A stretch of DNA of 64,000 nt from Candidatus Latescibacterota bacterium (lineage in GTDB: Bacteria; Latescibacterota; UBA2968; UBA8231). This document shows, piece by piece, positions 1 through 10,182 of this stretch. A program made the position numbers and the translations under genes. The stretch is from contig OZ242005.1 in NCBI GenBank assembly GCA_965204725.1, positions 3,904,001 through 3,968,000 of the forward strand. Reading direction: 5' to 3'. Within the stretch, counting starts at the first letter, position 1. The number at the start of each line of letters is the position of its first letter. Below the pieces are notes generated by a model. The model did no database searches, had not been told where the DNA came from, and saw only the letters and a program-made list of their open reading frames with translations.

Positions 1-101
1 GCCGTGGACATCGCCGACGAAAATAGTACGCATTAGATTTTCCTAGATTGCATTGCGGAAGGGCAAACGCTATCATACTCACCACTTCAAGATAGGCCCT
101 G

Positions 102-1442
102 ATGGAAACTGCGACCACACTCACCCCGGCTCCGGCGTCTTGCCACGTGATGGCCAAGCCCTCGGGCTCGGTCTGCAACATCGACTGCAAGTACTGCTTC
201 TATCTGGAGAAGGAAAAGCTCTACCCGGACGCGAGCAAAAATTGGCGCATGTCCGACGAGACGCTCGAACTCTACGTCAAGCAGTACATCGAGGCCCAAG
301 ACGTGCCGCAGATAGATTTTGCTTGGCAGGGCGGCGAGCCGACCCTGATGGGCGTAGATTTTTTCCGCCGCGCAGTCCAGCTACAGCAGCAGTACGCCAA
401 CGGCAAGTTGGTCACCAACGCCTTCCAGACCAACGGCATCCTCCTCAACGACGAGTGGGGCGAGTTCCTCGCCGAAAACAAATTCCTAGTCGGGCTGTCG
501 ATTGACGGGCCGCGCCAGTACCACGACCGCTACCGGGTTGACAAGGGCCAGAAGCCGACCTACGACCGAGTGCAGGCCGGTTTGCAAACGCTCAAAAAGC
601 ACGCGGTGGAATTCAATACCCTGACCGTGCTGCAAAACCACAACGCCGATCATCCGCTCGAAATCTATCGCTTCCTGCGCCAAGCGGGCTCGGGGTTTAT
701 GCAGTTTATTCCCATCGTCGAGCGCGTCGCGCACGAGCCAGACGAAGACGGGTTGGAATTAGTCGATCCCGAATACGAGGGCCGGGCGCCGGTTTCCAAG
801 TGGTCGGTGGGGCCGGGGCAGTACGGCAAGTTCCTCTGCGCGATCTTTGACGAGTGGGTGCGTAACGACGTCGGCCAAGTCTTTGTCCAGCTCTTTGACG
901 TGACCCTCGGCTCGTGGCTGGGCCAAGATGCGAGCCTGTGCATCTTTGCCGAGACCTGCGGCAAGGCTCTGATCATTGAGCACAACGGCGACCTGTACTC
1001 TTGCGACCACTTCGTGTACTCGGATTATCGGCTGGGCAACGTCCACGACGAGAGCATCCGCGACATGGTCGCTAGCCCGCAGCAAACCAAGTTCGGGCAG
1101 GACAAAAAGGACGCGCTGCCCCAGTACTGCATCGAATGCGATTTTCGGTTTGCCTGCAATGGCGGCTGCCCCAAGCACCGCTTTACCAAAACCCCACGCG
1201 GCGAAGGGGGTCTCAACTATCTGTGCAAAGGGTACAAGATGTACTTCGGGCACGTTGACCCCTACATGCGCTTTATGGCCAACGAATTGCGGCACGGCCG
1301 GCCGGCCACCGGCGTGATGGAATGGGCGAGAAAAAGGGACGCGGTCAAGTCGGCCCTGCACCAAAAGACCCCTAGGCGCAACGACCCGTGCTCCTGCGGC
1401 AGCGGCAAGAAGTACAAGCGCTGCTGTGGCCGGGCCGCATAA
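102..1442 (+). CDS. aslB: Anaerobic sulfatase maturase (radical SAM/SPASM) with C-terminal SEC-C motif
   Basis: CNIDCKYC radical SAM motif, FAWQGGEPTL, Cys-rich SPASM region (YSCDHFV, CIECDFRFACNGGCPK) and terminal RNDPCSCGSGKKYKRCCG SEC-C motif. Confidence 0.93.
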   Translation: METATTLTPAPASCHVMAKPSGSVCNIDCKYCFYLEKEKLYPDASKNWRMSDETLELYVKQYIEAQDVPQIDFAWQGGEPTLMGVDFFRRAVQLQQQYANGKLVTNAFQTNGILLNDEWGEFLAENKFLVGLSIDGPRQYHDRYRVDKGQKPTYDRVQAGLQTLKKHAVEFNTLTVLQNHNADHPLEIYRFLRQAGSGFMQFIPIVERVAHEPDEDGLELVDPEYEGRAPVSKWSVGPGQYGKFLCAIFDEWVRNDVGQVFVQLFDVTLGSWLGQDASLCIFAETCGKALIIEHNGDLYSCDHFVYSDYRLGNVHDESIRDMVASPQQTKFGQDKKDALPQYCIECDFRFACNGGCPKHRFTKTPRGEGGLNYLCKGYKMYFGHVDPYMRFMANELRHGRPATGVMEWARKRDAVKSALHQKTPRRNDPCSCGSGKKYKRCCGRAA

Positions 1443-1455
1443 CGGAAAGGCACTA

Positions 1456-2358
1456 ATGATCGATATCGAGCTACATCCCGCAGACTGCAAGGCCGTCGTC
1501 GCGATTGACGGCCAGCTTTTTACTGAGTACCGCTACGGCCACTACGTGTGCCGCCCGTACTTCTATCCCGTGCTGACGCCCAGCGGCAGCGGCCTGACCC
1601 GCGCCTATCCAATGGAAAATGTCGCCGGCGAAAACCAAGATCACTACCACCATCGCGGCATCTACACGGCCCACGGCCTCGTCAACGGCCACAACCTCTG
1701 GGACGAGGGCACCGGGCACGGCGCCATGCTCCAGCGGGGCGAGCCGGTAGTCGGCGCAGCCGACGGCACCGCGCAGATCGATGGGATCGTCGATTGGTTC
1801 GGGCCGGAGGGGGAGAAGCTGTTGGAGGAGCGGCGCACCCTCGCGATCCGCGCTCAAGGTGCGTTGCGGATCATGGACCAACGCAGCGAATTCCGCGCTC
1901 GCTACGGCGACGCGACCTTCGGCGACACCAAAGAAGGCGGGCTGTTTGCCATCCGAGTGCCGACCTCCATGGATGCCAAGGAAGCGGGGCGGATTGAAAA
2001 CTCCGCTGGCCAAGTCTTTGAAAACGGCCAAGGCCCAGAGGTTACTTGGGGCCAGCAGGCGGCTTGGGTTGACTATTCCGGGCCGGTGGCCGCTGGCGAG
2101 GAGTGGGGGCACACTGTCGTCGATCACTGCGACAATCCTCGCCACCCGACCTACTGGCACGTGCGCGGCTACGGGCTGTTTACCGCCAATCCCTTTGGGG
2201 TACGCGATTTCAAGGGCGACGAAAGCCTCGACGCGAGCCAGACCATCCCCGGCGGCGACAAAGCCGTCTTCCGCTACCGACTGATCATCCACCCCGGGCG
2301 CGGCGTTGACGGGCACCCAGACGTGCGCCCGCTAATTGAGCAGTTCCAAGCGGGATAG
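1456..2358 (+). CDS. PmoA-like/DUF6807-type beta-sandwich protein of unknown function
   Basis: RPYFYPV, LTRAYP, DHYHHRG, FGDTKEGGLFAIRV and WHVRGYGLFTANPFG motifs typical of this family; ATG 1456 follows GGAAAGG. Confidence 0.7.
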   Translation: MIDIELHPADCKAVVAIDGQLFTEYRYGHYVCRPYFYPVLTPSGSGLTRAYPMENVAGENQDHYHHRGIYTAHGLVNGHNLWDEGTGHGAMLQRGEPVVGAADGTAQIDGIVDWFGPEGEKLLEERRTLAIRAQGALRIMDQRSEFRARYGDATFGDTKEGGLFAIRVPTSMDAKEAGRIENSAGQVFENGQGPEVTWGQQAAWVDYSGPVAAGEEWGHTVVDHCDNPRHPTYWHVRGYGLFTANPFGVRDFKGDESLDASQTIPGGDKAVFRYRLIIHPGRGVDGHPDVRPLIEQFQAG

Positions 2359-2411
2359 GATGGGACCTGTAGTAGAGCAATTTTGCCACAGCCTCAAATA
2401 GACGGAGAGCA

Positions 2412-3470
2412 ATGACGAAGAGCAACAAGCTGCGCGTCGCCCTAATTGGTGCGGGCGGCATCGCTAAGGCACATATACGCTATTACCAAGACATGGACGA
2501 CGTGGAGATGGTGGCCGTGGCGGACGTGGTCCTCGAAAGGGCGCGAGCCTGTTGCGAGGAATACCAAATCCCCCAAGCCTACGCAGACTACGAGGACCTG
2601 CTCCGGCAGGCCAAACCCGACGCGGTGAGCGTCTGTACGCCCAACGGCCTACACGCCCCCTGTACTATCGCCGCGCTCGACGCGGGTGCCCACGTCCTCG
2701 TGGAGAAGCCATTGGCCATGAATGCCCGCGAGGGCCAAAAGATGCTCGACGCCGCAGAGAAAAACGGCAAAAAGCTGATCATTGGCTTCCAGAACCGCTA
2801 TGACCCGAAGACGGAGTTTGTCAAGAAGCTCGTTGACGATGGCGAGCTGGGCACGCTCCTGTACGCCCGGGTGCAGGCCCTGCGGCGGCGGGGCATTCCC
2901 AACTGGGGCGTCTTTGGCCGCAAGGATCTGCAAGGCGGCGGGCCGTTGATCGATATCGGCGTCCACATGCTGGAGACCACGCACTATGCGATGGGCGCAC
3001 CCAAACCGGTAGCCGCCAGTGGCAGCGCCTATACCTATATCGGCAACGAGCCGTCAAACGTGCGCTCGCACTGGCCCAACTGGGATCACCAGACCTATAC
3101 GGTCGAGGACTTAATGGTGGGACACATCCGCTTTGCAACCGGCGCGATGCTCAGCATTGAGACCAGCTTCGCCGCCCATATCGAGAAGAACGAGTGGAAC
3201 TTCACCCTGATGGGCGATAAGGGCGGTGCCAACTGGGATCCCCCGGGCTTTTTCCACGACGCCAACGATTACATGGTCAACACTCGGCCCGACTGGATGC
3301 CCAGCGGCCCAGCCGCCGACTCCTTCGGCCTGAGGATGCGCAACTTTGTCGATCACGTACTCTACGACGCAGAAACCCTAGCACCCGGAGCGCACGGGCT
3401 GATGGTCCAAAAGATGATTGACGGACTGTACGAATCGGCAGAACAGGGGCGAGAAGTGCCGATTGAGTAG
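2412..3470 (+). CDS. Gfo/Idh/MocA family oxidoreductase
   Basis: IGAGGIA Rossmann motif, HVLVEKP, GGGPLIDIGVH. Confidence 0.92.
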   Translation: MTKSNKLRVALIGAGGIAKAHIRYYQDMDDVEMVAVADVVLERARACCEEYQIPQAYADYEDLLRQAKPDAVSVCTPNGLHAPCTIAALDAGAHVLVEKPLAMNAREGQKMLDAAEKNGKKLIIGFQNRYDPKTEFVKKLVDDGELGTLLYARVQALRRRGIPNWGVFGRKDLQGGGPLIDIGVHMLETTHYAMGAPKPVAASGSAYTYIGNEPSNVRSHWPNWDHQTYTVEDLMVGHIRFATGAMLSIETSFAAHIEKNEWNFTLMGDKGGANWDPPGFFHDANDYMVNTRPDWMPSGPAADSFGLRMRNFVDHVLYDAETLAPGAHGLMVQKMIDGLYESAEQGREVPIE

Positions 3471-3530
3471 GCGGGCGATGCGGGCGGCCTGTCGTTGCTT
3501 CTTTCTAAAAATGGCGTAAATTTTGAAGTA

Positions 3531-4790
3531 ATGCTTCAAATTATACGCCAAATCCAACAAGACATACAAGGTGTTCACCGGCGCGAGCGCGGACGCCTCC
3601 TCGTGCTTACGGGAGCACGTCAAGTGGGGAAATCCACCCTTGCCAGCATGGCGTTTCCCGACTATCCAGTGATCAATCTAGATTCGCCTGTGGAACGAGC
3701 GGCCTACGAGCAGCTAGGGCCGGAAGAATGGGTGGCCCGCTACCCCTGCGCCATCATCGACGAAGCGCAGAAGTTGCCGGCGGTCATCGAGACCGTGAAA
3801 GCGTGTTACGACCGCGATGCGGGGGTGCGGTATATCCTGCTAGGGTCGAGCCAGATTCTGCTACTCGAAAAAGTGCGCGAATCGCTCGCTGGACGTGCGG
3901 CGCTGCGGGCACTTTTCCCGTTTACTCTGCCGGAATTGCTGGCAGCGACCGGCGCGAGCCGACTGGTCGAGATACTCTCTGCCGACGACCCGGTCCGCGC
4001 CCTCGACCAACTATGCCCGGCGACGTACCGCATTACCGCAGCCTACGCGCAGGCCAAAACGCGCTGGGAGTACTTCCTGCACTGGGGTGGGATGCCGCGG
4101 CTTAGGGAATGGGATGACGAGGACCGCTTCGCGTGGTTGCAGGACTACCAAGCGATGTATCTCCAGCGCGACTTGGGCGATTTGGCGCAGTTGCGGCGGC
4201 TGGAGCCTTTTGTCCGCGCCCAGCAAGCGGCGGCTCTACGTTCGGGACAGGTGATCAATTTCTCGGATCTGGCGCGGCTGAGCGACGTGTCTCCGGCGAC
4301 CGCACGGCAGTTTACGCGCTATTTGGAACTGAGCTACCAGATTATTCTGTTGCCGGCTTGGTATCGCAACGCGGAAAAACGCCTGAGCAAGCAAAGCAAG
4401 CTGCACTTTGTCGATCCGGGGATCCGCCGGGGTATTCTGCGAAAGCGCGGGGGGATTGACGGCGCGGAACTGGAAAGTGCGGTGGTCGCCGAAATCTACA
4501 AGCAGTGCCGCAACGCCCAACTGCCGGTTGAACTATACCATCTGCGCACCGCGGACCGACGCGAGGTCGATTTGTTGATTGAGCGCGAGGACGGGTTTAT
4601 CGCCGTGGAAGTCAAACAGACCGCGCGGATCAGCACCACCGATTTTCGCCATCTTCGCGGTCTAGAGGACTTGCTGGATAAGCCGCTGCTGTTGGGCTTG
4701 GTGGCCTCAAACGATGCGTCGAGCATCTCCAGCACGGCCGGGCGGCTGCGCCACGTAGCGATTCCGCATTTGCTATCGGGAGCAGGATAG
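3531..4790 (+). CDS. AAA_14 ATPase with C-terminal DUF4143 (PD-(D/E)xK-like) domain
   Basis: Walker A GARQVGKS, Walker B IIDEAQ, GSS, KLHFVDPG, EVDLLIE..IAVEVK; start uncertain (3495 or 3531). Confidence 0.88.
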   Translation: MLQIIRQIQQDIQGVHRRERGRLLVLTGARQVGKSTLASMAFPDYPVINLDSPVERAAYEQLGPEEWVARYPCAIIDEAQKLPAVIETVKACYDRDAGVRYILLGSSQILLLEKVRESLAGRAALRALFPFTLPELLAATGASRLVEILSADDPVRALDQLCPATYRITAAYAQAKTRWEYFLHWGGMPRLREWDDEDRFAWLQDYQAMYLQRDLGDLAQLRRLEPFVRAQQAAALRSGQVINFSDLARLSDVSPATARQFTRYLELSYQIILLPAWYRNAEKRLSKQSKLHFVDPGIRRGILRKRGGIDGAELESAVVAEIYKQCRNAQLPVELYHLRTADRREVDLLIEREDGFIAVEVKQTARISTTDFRHLRGLEDLLDKPLLLGLVASNDASSISSTAGRLRHVAIPHLLSGAG

Positions 4791-4811
4791 GCTGCCTCGG
4801 AGTTCGCTGGA

Positions 4812-5642
4812 TTAGCTCCCATCTAAAATCGGTATGATCCCCCGACCTGCGAGAATACTGTCGCGTTCCTGTTCGCTCCATTCTGGAATTTCGACCTCTT
4901 TACAAGCGCGGGAAAGACGGCACTGAACTCGGTTCCGGTAGTACTGTGTCCGCATGGTCACAATCAGTTGACCGCCTAGCTGGTCCAACTCCGAGGCAAA
5001 TTTTTCGGCAATTCGTGCCCAGTCCTTTGCTGGCTGCTGGTTCACGCCGTCAATAAGGACTGCAAGACGAAGCTGTTCCGCCGGATTCTCTCGCCAGTGG
5101 TCGAGTATTCTGCTCCATTTCTCGCGTCCGCGTACGTGCCCCCCGGTTTGTTCAATCAATGCCGAAATCAGCAATTTCTTCACGTCATTCTGTTCCGCTA
5201 TGTCGGCAAATGCGTTCGGGGTCAGGACGACCAGCAGCGGTTTTTCTTCGACAGAGAGCCAACTCTGGGCGACAAGCCACGATTTGCCATGTCCTTCGCC
5301 ACCGATGACGCAGAGAATCTCTTGGTTCGGTTTGCCGGTCAAGAATGAGCGAAGTTCGGCGACAAGGTTGTCACGAGGGAGTACCGCCCCATTTGCCGCG
5401 TCCGAAGGCGACAGGGGTTGGCCAAATCGCTCTCGCGCCAACTGGCTGCTAGAAAAGGTTTTGGTCAGCCATTCGGCATTAGCCTGCCGCGCTGTAGATA
5501 TTCCGAGTGTTTCCATATCTGGCGTCAGGCACATCTGGTCGAACGTGTCCATGGTCGTTTTATCCATGACGCCTGCCTCATGTAGCCCTAGCGCAGTCTC
5601 GTGTACGGCCTCTAGCGCGTCACTTTTATAGTGTTTACTCAT
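4812..5642 (-). pseudogene. Chimeric ORF: N-terminal 41 aa of a HigA-type antitoxin fused to an internal fragment of a STAND/NACHT-like P-loop NTPase
   Basis: MSKHYKSDALEAVHETALGLHEAGVMDKTTMDTFDQMCLTP matches the antitoxin N-terminus but the HTH is missing; downstream GGEGHGKS (Walker A), VLIDGVNQ (Walker B) and LIVTMR, then an early stop. Confidence 0.65.
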
Positions 5643-5898
5643 TGTATATAACCTCCGTGATCGTTCCGTTCTTCACCGCCGCCGCCAGTGCCTTATCATC
5701 AAAGGCAAGCATCTCGCTGGCCAACTCTCGGAAAGCCTGTAACTCGTTCTGCGGGATGTTGTCTTGGTCGCTCTTGGCGAAGCCATAAACGAAAAACGCT
5801 CTTTCGGCTCGCCGGAAGAGCACAATGCTCCGATACCCTCCCGACTTTCCCTGTCCTCTCCGTGCCAGACGCTGCTTGCTTGGCTTTGGGGCGATCAA
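5635..5898 (-). pseudogene. RelE/ParE-superfamily (DUF1044-type) toxin with degenerate 5' end
   Basis: KQRLARRGQGKSGGYRSIV...FFVYGFAKSDQDNI signature; the expected N-terminal part survives only as frame-switched traces (EGVYD / LAAAVRAG / LI) up to about 5940; overlaps the antitoxin start. Confidence 0.7.
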
Positions 5899-6147
5899 CC
5901 TGCGCGGACAGCCGCTGCGAGGCTTGTCATAGACCCCTTCAACATTATATTATTTTTCACGACAATAGCCTAACACTCCCGCCTTCCTGCGAGAATGCCT
6001 CAACGCATATATAAGTGAGGAAGACCGCTGCAAACGCTTCCTCGAGGCGTCTTGTGAACACGCCCTATCAGCATTTCAATCCTACATACAAAAATGTCAA
6101 CACGACTTACTTCTAGGCCCCCGGCCGAGCCATTGTGTGCAAAAGCC

Positions 6148-7728
6148 ATGCGCTGGCACCGGCGGGCGATAATCATTGTCTGCCTCCTAACCGTTCAGGC
6201 GGTCATGTCGGGGTGTTTGCTGAAAGGCGAGGAACTCCGGCCGAATGTCGTCCTCATCTTCGTCGATGACCTCGGCTACAACGACGTCAGCTACAACGGC
6301 GCCACGGAAATAGAGACGCCCAACATCGACCGGCTGGCCCAAGAGGGCATAATTTTTTCCAATGGCTACGTCGTGCATCCCACCTGCGGGCCGTCCCGTG
6401 CGGGCCTGCTAACTGGCCGCTACCCAGCGCGTTTTGGCATGGAGGCCAACCTCGCCTACGCGCCCTTTGACTCGGAGTATGGCCTTCCGGTGGAGGAGAC
6501 GACCGTGGCCGCTTACCTCAAGGACATGGGCTACCGGACGGGTATCGTCGGCAAGTGGCAGTTGGGGGCTGCGCCGCCCTTTAACCCGCTCAACCGCGGG
6601 TTCGACTACTTCTACGGCTTCCTCGGCGGCGAACACAACTACTTCCAGGTCGATGGCGCCCACTCCGGGACCTCCCAAGCCATAATTAGCTACCTCCCGC
6701 TCAACGAGAACCGCAGCGCGACCGGGTTCGACGGCTACCTGACCGACGCGCTCACGGACCACGCGATTGAATTCGTCCATGAGAATCGCGGCGACCCGTT
6801 CTTCCTGTACCTCGCGTACAACGCGCCGCACACCCCCCTACAGGCACCCGACAACCTCATTGAGAAGTATTCCAAGAAGATCACTTCTAAAGTGCATCGC
6901 CTGCTGGACAAACGGCAGACCTCCGACGACCTCAACGACCAAAGGCGACGCACCTACTTGGCCATGATTAGCTCATTGGACCAGAACATCGGGAGGGTGC
7001 TGGACACGCTCGCTAAAATCGGCAAACGCGACAATACGCTGATCTTCTTCCTCAGCGACAACGGCGGCGTTTACCCTAAGAACGACGCCGATCGGCACAC
7101 TTGGGCGGACAACTCCCCGTTCAGCAAGGGTAAAAACAGCTTCTTCGAAGGCGGGATCCGGGTGCCCTTTGTGGCCTCGTGGCCGGCCCGGTGGCCGCAG
7201 GGCGAGACCTTTGAGCCGATGGTTAGCAGCCTCGACATCGCCGCTACCGCAATGGCCTTGGTCGGCTCAGAGGCGGACGCCAGTCGCCCGCTAGACGGTG
7301 TGAATCTCGACCCATTTCTTCGGGGAGAGACCGCCGGCCCCCCGCACGAAGCTCTCTTCTGGCGGCAGGCAAACGAGGTGCCGTACAGGACGCAGTTCGC
7401 GGTCCGAACCGGCAGCGCAAAGCTCGTCAAGGACAGCGAGGAGGGAGAAGCCCAACTCTTCGACTTGGAACGCGACCCAGGCGAGACGCGCAACCTGATC
7501 GATGGCGACCCCGAAACGGCGGCCCGCCTCGCCGAGCACTGGAACGCTTGGAACCGAGATAACGTCAGTCTTAACGTCTATGCCGGCCCGAGCTTCTACG
7601 AGAGCGTCCGCGCCAAGTCCGTTCAGAGACTGGCCGAGGATTTGAACGCGAGGGAAGCGGAAACGCCGCCCTTCCAAATTGGCACCGTTCCGACCACTGA
7701 TCCGTCTGAGGAACCTGCGGCTCAGTAA
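6148..7728 (+). CDS. Formylglycine-dependent sulfatase (arylsulfatase A-like), probable lipoprotein
   Basis: PNVVLIFVDDLG, CGPSRAGLLTG active-site motif, GKWQLG, YNAPH, FLSDNGG, EGGIRVP; hydrophobic leader with MSGC lipobox; start 6094 or 6148. Confidence 0.93.
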   Translation: MRWHRRAIIIVCLLTVQAVMSGCLLKGEELRPNVVLIFVDDLGYNDVSYNGATEIETPNIDRLAQEGIIFSNGYVVHPTCGPSRAGLLTGRYPARFGMEANLAYAPFDSEYGLPVEETTVAAYLKDMGYRTGIVGKWQLGAAPPFNPLNRGFDYFYGFLGGEHNYFQVDGAHSGTSQAIISYLPLNENRSATGFDGYLTDALTDHAIEFVHENRGDPFFLYLAYNAPHTPLQAPDNLIEKYSKKITSKVHRLLDKRQTSDDLNDQRRRTYLAMISSLDQNIGRVLDTLAKIGKRDNTLIFFLSDNGGVYPKNDADRHTWADNSPFSKGKNSFFEGGIRVPFVASWPARWPQGETFEPMVSSLDIAATAMALVGSEADASRPLDGVNLDPFLRGETAGPPHEALFWRQANEVPYRTQFAVRTGSAKLVKDSEEGEAQLFDLERDPGETRNLIDGDPETAARLAEHWNAWNRDNVSLNVYAGPSFYESVRAKSVQRLAEDLNAREAETPPFQIGTVPTTDPSEEPAAQ

Positions 7729-7734
7729 CCGCCG

Positions 7735-8967
7735 TTAGCCCCTCGCCATCACAAATTCCCCAACGACCTGCACCATTACCGAATCGCCGGCCTCGACGCG
7801 CTGGTGGGGTTCGAGGACGACGAAGCTGTTGGCGTTGAGCATGGAGCTGATTATGTGCGAGCCTTGGCTGCGGGCAGGACGCACCCAGAACTGGCCATCT
7901 TGGTAGCGCAGGGTCGCGCGCATGTACTGGCGGCGGTCGCCATCGTTGGCGCAGGGGCTTTCCACCCGGGCGGACGCCTCGGGCAGAAACCACGCCGATT
8001 GCGGATAGCCGGCGGCCTTGCGGATGGCGGGGCGCACGAACTGGAGAAAGGACATCATGCTCGATACCGGGTTGCCGGGCAGGCCGAAATAGGGCACGCC
8101 GCCGACCGTGCAAAAGACCAGCGGCTTGCCCGGCTTCATGGCCACGCGCCAAAAGATCGTTTCGCTCCCCAAATCGTCGAGGACCTTTTTGACGAAGTCG
8201 TATTCGCCGACCGAGACGCCGCCCGAGGAGACGGCAAAGTCAGCGCGGATCGCGGCCTCAATGGTGGCGCGGATCGCGGCTTCGTCGTCCGGGACTGTGG
8301 GCAGCATTATTGGTTCGGCCCCGTGGGCGCGGCAGAAGGCGGCTAGGGCGCACGTATTGCTGTTGACAATCTGGCCTTCTCCGGGCGTCTCCTCGATCTC
8401 GACCAACTCGTCGCCGGTGGAGAGGATCGCGACGCGCGGCCGGCGATACACGGAGACGAAGCTCTGCTGCACGGCGGCGAGTACGGCCAGTTCGCCCGGG
8501 CCGCACTCGGTCCCGGCCTTGATGACTGGCTCGTCACAGCGCATGTCCTCGCCGCGCCGGCGAATGTGTGCTCCGCACTCTTCAATGGCGCAGATTTCGA
8601 CCCCTTGTCCGGCGGGGCGGGTGTCCTCTACCGGGACGATGGTGTCGGCTCCGGCGGGCACGGCCGCGCCCGTCATAATGCGGCTGGCTTGGCCGGAGCC
8701 AACCGTCTTCTGCGGCACTTTGCCGGCCGGTATGTCTTCGATGACATCCAAGGCTATAGCCGCATCGTCGTCCCTCGCAGTGGCTACGTCCGCATGACGC
8801 ACGGCATAGCCGTCCATGGCCGAATTGTCGCAGGGTGGATTGTCGCGCCGCGCCAACACGTCTTGAGCGAGTACGCGGCCGGCAGCGTCGAGCAGAGAAA
8901 CGCGCTCAGGGCCGAGGACTTTCACGTGTTCGAGGACGATGGCGCGGGCTTCTTCCGGGGTGAGCAT
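7735..8967 (-). CDS. moeA: Molybdopterin molybdotransferase MoeA
   Basis: DNSAMDGYA, IMTGA, ILSTGDEL, SGGVSVGEYD, MKPGKP, GLPGNPVS. Confidence 0.95.
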   Translation of the reverse strand: MLTPEEARAIVLEHVKVLGPERVSLLDAAGRVLAQDVLARRDNPPCDNSAMDGYAVRHADVATARDDDAAIALDVIEDIPAGKVPQKTVGSGQASRIMTGAAVPAGADTIVPVEDTRPAGQGVEICAIEECGAHIRRRGEDMRCDEPVIKAGTECGPGELAVLAAVQQSFVSVYRRPRVAILSTGDELVEIEETPGEGQIVNSNTCALAAFCRAHGAEPIMLPTVPDDEAAIRATIEAAIRADFAVSSGGVSVGEYDFVKKVLDDLGSETIFWRVAMKPGKPLVFCTVGGVPYFGLPGNPVSSMMSFLQFVRPAIRKAAGYPQSAWFLPEASARVESPCANDGDRRQYMRATLRYQDGQFWVRPARSQGSHIISSMLNANSFVVLEPHQRVEAGDSVMVQVVGEFVMARG

Positions 8968-9026
8968 CGGGTCGGGGGGCATATCGGGTATCTATGACTC
9001 CTTATGGCAAAACGGGCGAGACGCGA

Positions 9027-9950
9027 TTAACGGGTTCCGGCTGAAATCAGCGATTTGACCTGTCCCCACGACTGGGTCTCGACGCTGGTGGCAGCCGCAG
9101 CAGGGGTGGTTGGTTGCCAAGCGGGATAGCTTCCGCCCAAGCCGTTGGTCAGATTGACCAAGTTGCTCCCGTCTATATCAACGGCCCAAATCTCCCCAGT
9201 ACTGGGGCGAAAGGTGTAAGAAGTGTCAGTGCTGTTGAGAACGGTATATGAAGTAAAGGCGACCCTCGTGCTGTTGGGTGCCCAAGTAAGGGGAAAACTA
9301 GTAAGGACCCAAGCGGCGAGGTCCGAAGGAGAGCGATCGACGTTAGGTTGGCCGGACAGGGGAACGACCGTGTACTCTTCGCCGGTCACAAGGAGGAGAG
9401 CTCGGCCTGCTTCGTCACTAAGGCGTACGGCGACAGCGGCTCGTTTGGTTTGGTCTGGGGAAAGATATTGGTGGTCTCGGCGGCGGCGGATCATAAAAGC
9501 CGCCTCCCGCCATTCCACAAGTGAGGAGCCACTTCCGTCCGGTGCCACGGCGAACATCTCGAAGCGGTCCGACACGTAGTAGTAAATGTTACTTCCGTCA
9601 TCAGCCCAAAAGAGCTGATAAGCGCTGTTGGGGCCTATGAATTTAATATCGTCTGTTAGCTGCTGTGGGTTGCCGCCATCGGCGTCTATCACCCAGAGGT
9701 CCCGACCGAAATGATCGGCACCAGTGTCGATATAGGCGATCTTCGTGCCGTCTGGGGACCAAACCGGGCGAGCGCAATTCTGTCCTTGGGTCAGGTTTAC
9801 AGGGTCGCTCCCGTCCGCATTCATAATCCACACATCCTCGTGCCCCTCGCGGGCGGAGAGAAACGCTATTTTCCCGTCGGCTTGTCCCCAGCCAGCGACG
9901 GCCAACCCCAGCGTTGCCAAACAGACGCCCAATATGGATCGACAACTCAT
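9027..9950 (-). CDS. Secreted TolB-like/PD40 beta-propeller protein with C-terminal SWGQVK motif (paralog A)
   Basis: Signal peptide, repeats KIAF..R.G..DVWIMNADGS, PVWSPDGTKIAY and WAPNSTRVAF; tail ATSVETQSWGQVKSLI. Confidence 0.8.
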   Translation of the reverse strand: MSCRSILGVCLATLGLAVAGWGQADGKIAFLSAREGHEDVWIMNADGSDPVNLTQGQNCARPVWSPDGTKIAYIDTGADHFGRDLWVIDADGGNPQQLTDDIKFIGPNSAYQLFWADDGSNIYYYVSDRFEMFAVAPDGSGSSLVEWREAAFMIRRRRDHQYLSPDQTKRAAVAVRLSDEAGRALLLVTGEEYTVVPLSGQPNVDRSPSDLAAWVLTSFPLTWAPNSTRVAFTSYTVLNSTDTSYTFRPSTGEIWAVDIDGSNLVNLTNGLGGSYPAWQPTTPAAAATSVETQSWGQVKSLISAGTR

Positions 9951-9996
9951 AGCGCGGCTCCTTTCAGATGGAGGGATTGAATGAGATGGTTAAGTA

Positions 9997-10182
9997 TATA
10001 GAGTCCTAAATGACTTACAAGCATGTAGAGATGCTTCGACTGCGCTGCGCTACGCTCAGCATGACCCAGAGACGGGGGCTTCGTGCCCCAGCCCGTGTCA
10101 TACTGAGCGTAGCGAAGTATCTCATACCCAAAACGCCATGCAGAACATCCCTTATGAATGTGAAGGATGTAGGACTGCTATA
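9997..10182. mobile_element. MITE-like element with imperfect TATAG(C)AGTCCTA(A/C)AT terminal inverted repeats and an internal REP-like palindrome
   Basis: Left TATAGAGTCCTAAAT (9997-10011) versus reverse complement of the right end TATAGCAGTCCTACAT (10167-10182); internal arms GAGATGCTTCG..CTACGCTCAGCATGAC (10028-10065) and GTCATACTGAGCGTAGCGAAGTATCTC (10097-10123). Confidence 0.6.

Noticed and set aside
1456-2358. PmoA-like label as evidence of methane oxidation
   Set aside because: Soluble beta-sandwich family unrelated to the pMMO membrane subunit; context is sugar or sulfate metabolism
5944-5965. TATAAT-like box on the minus strand upstream of the RelE relic
   Set aside because: The nearest TTG hexamer is only about 10 nt away, which does not fit sigma70 spacing
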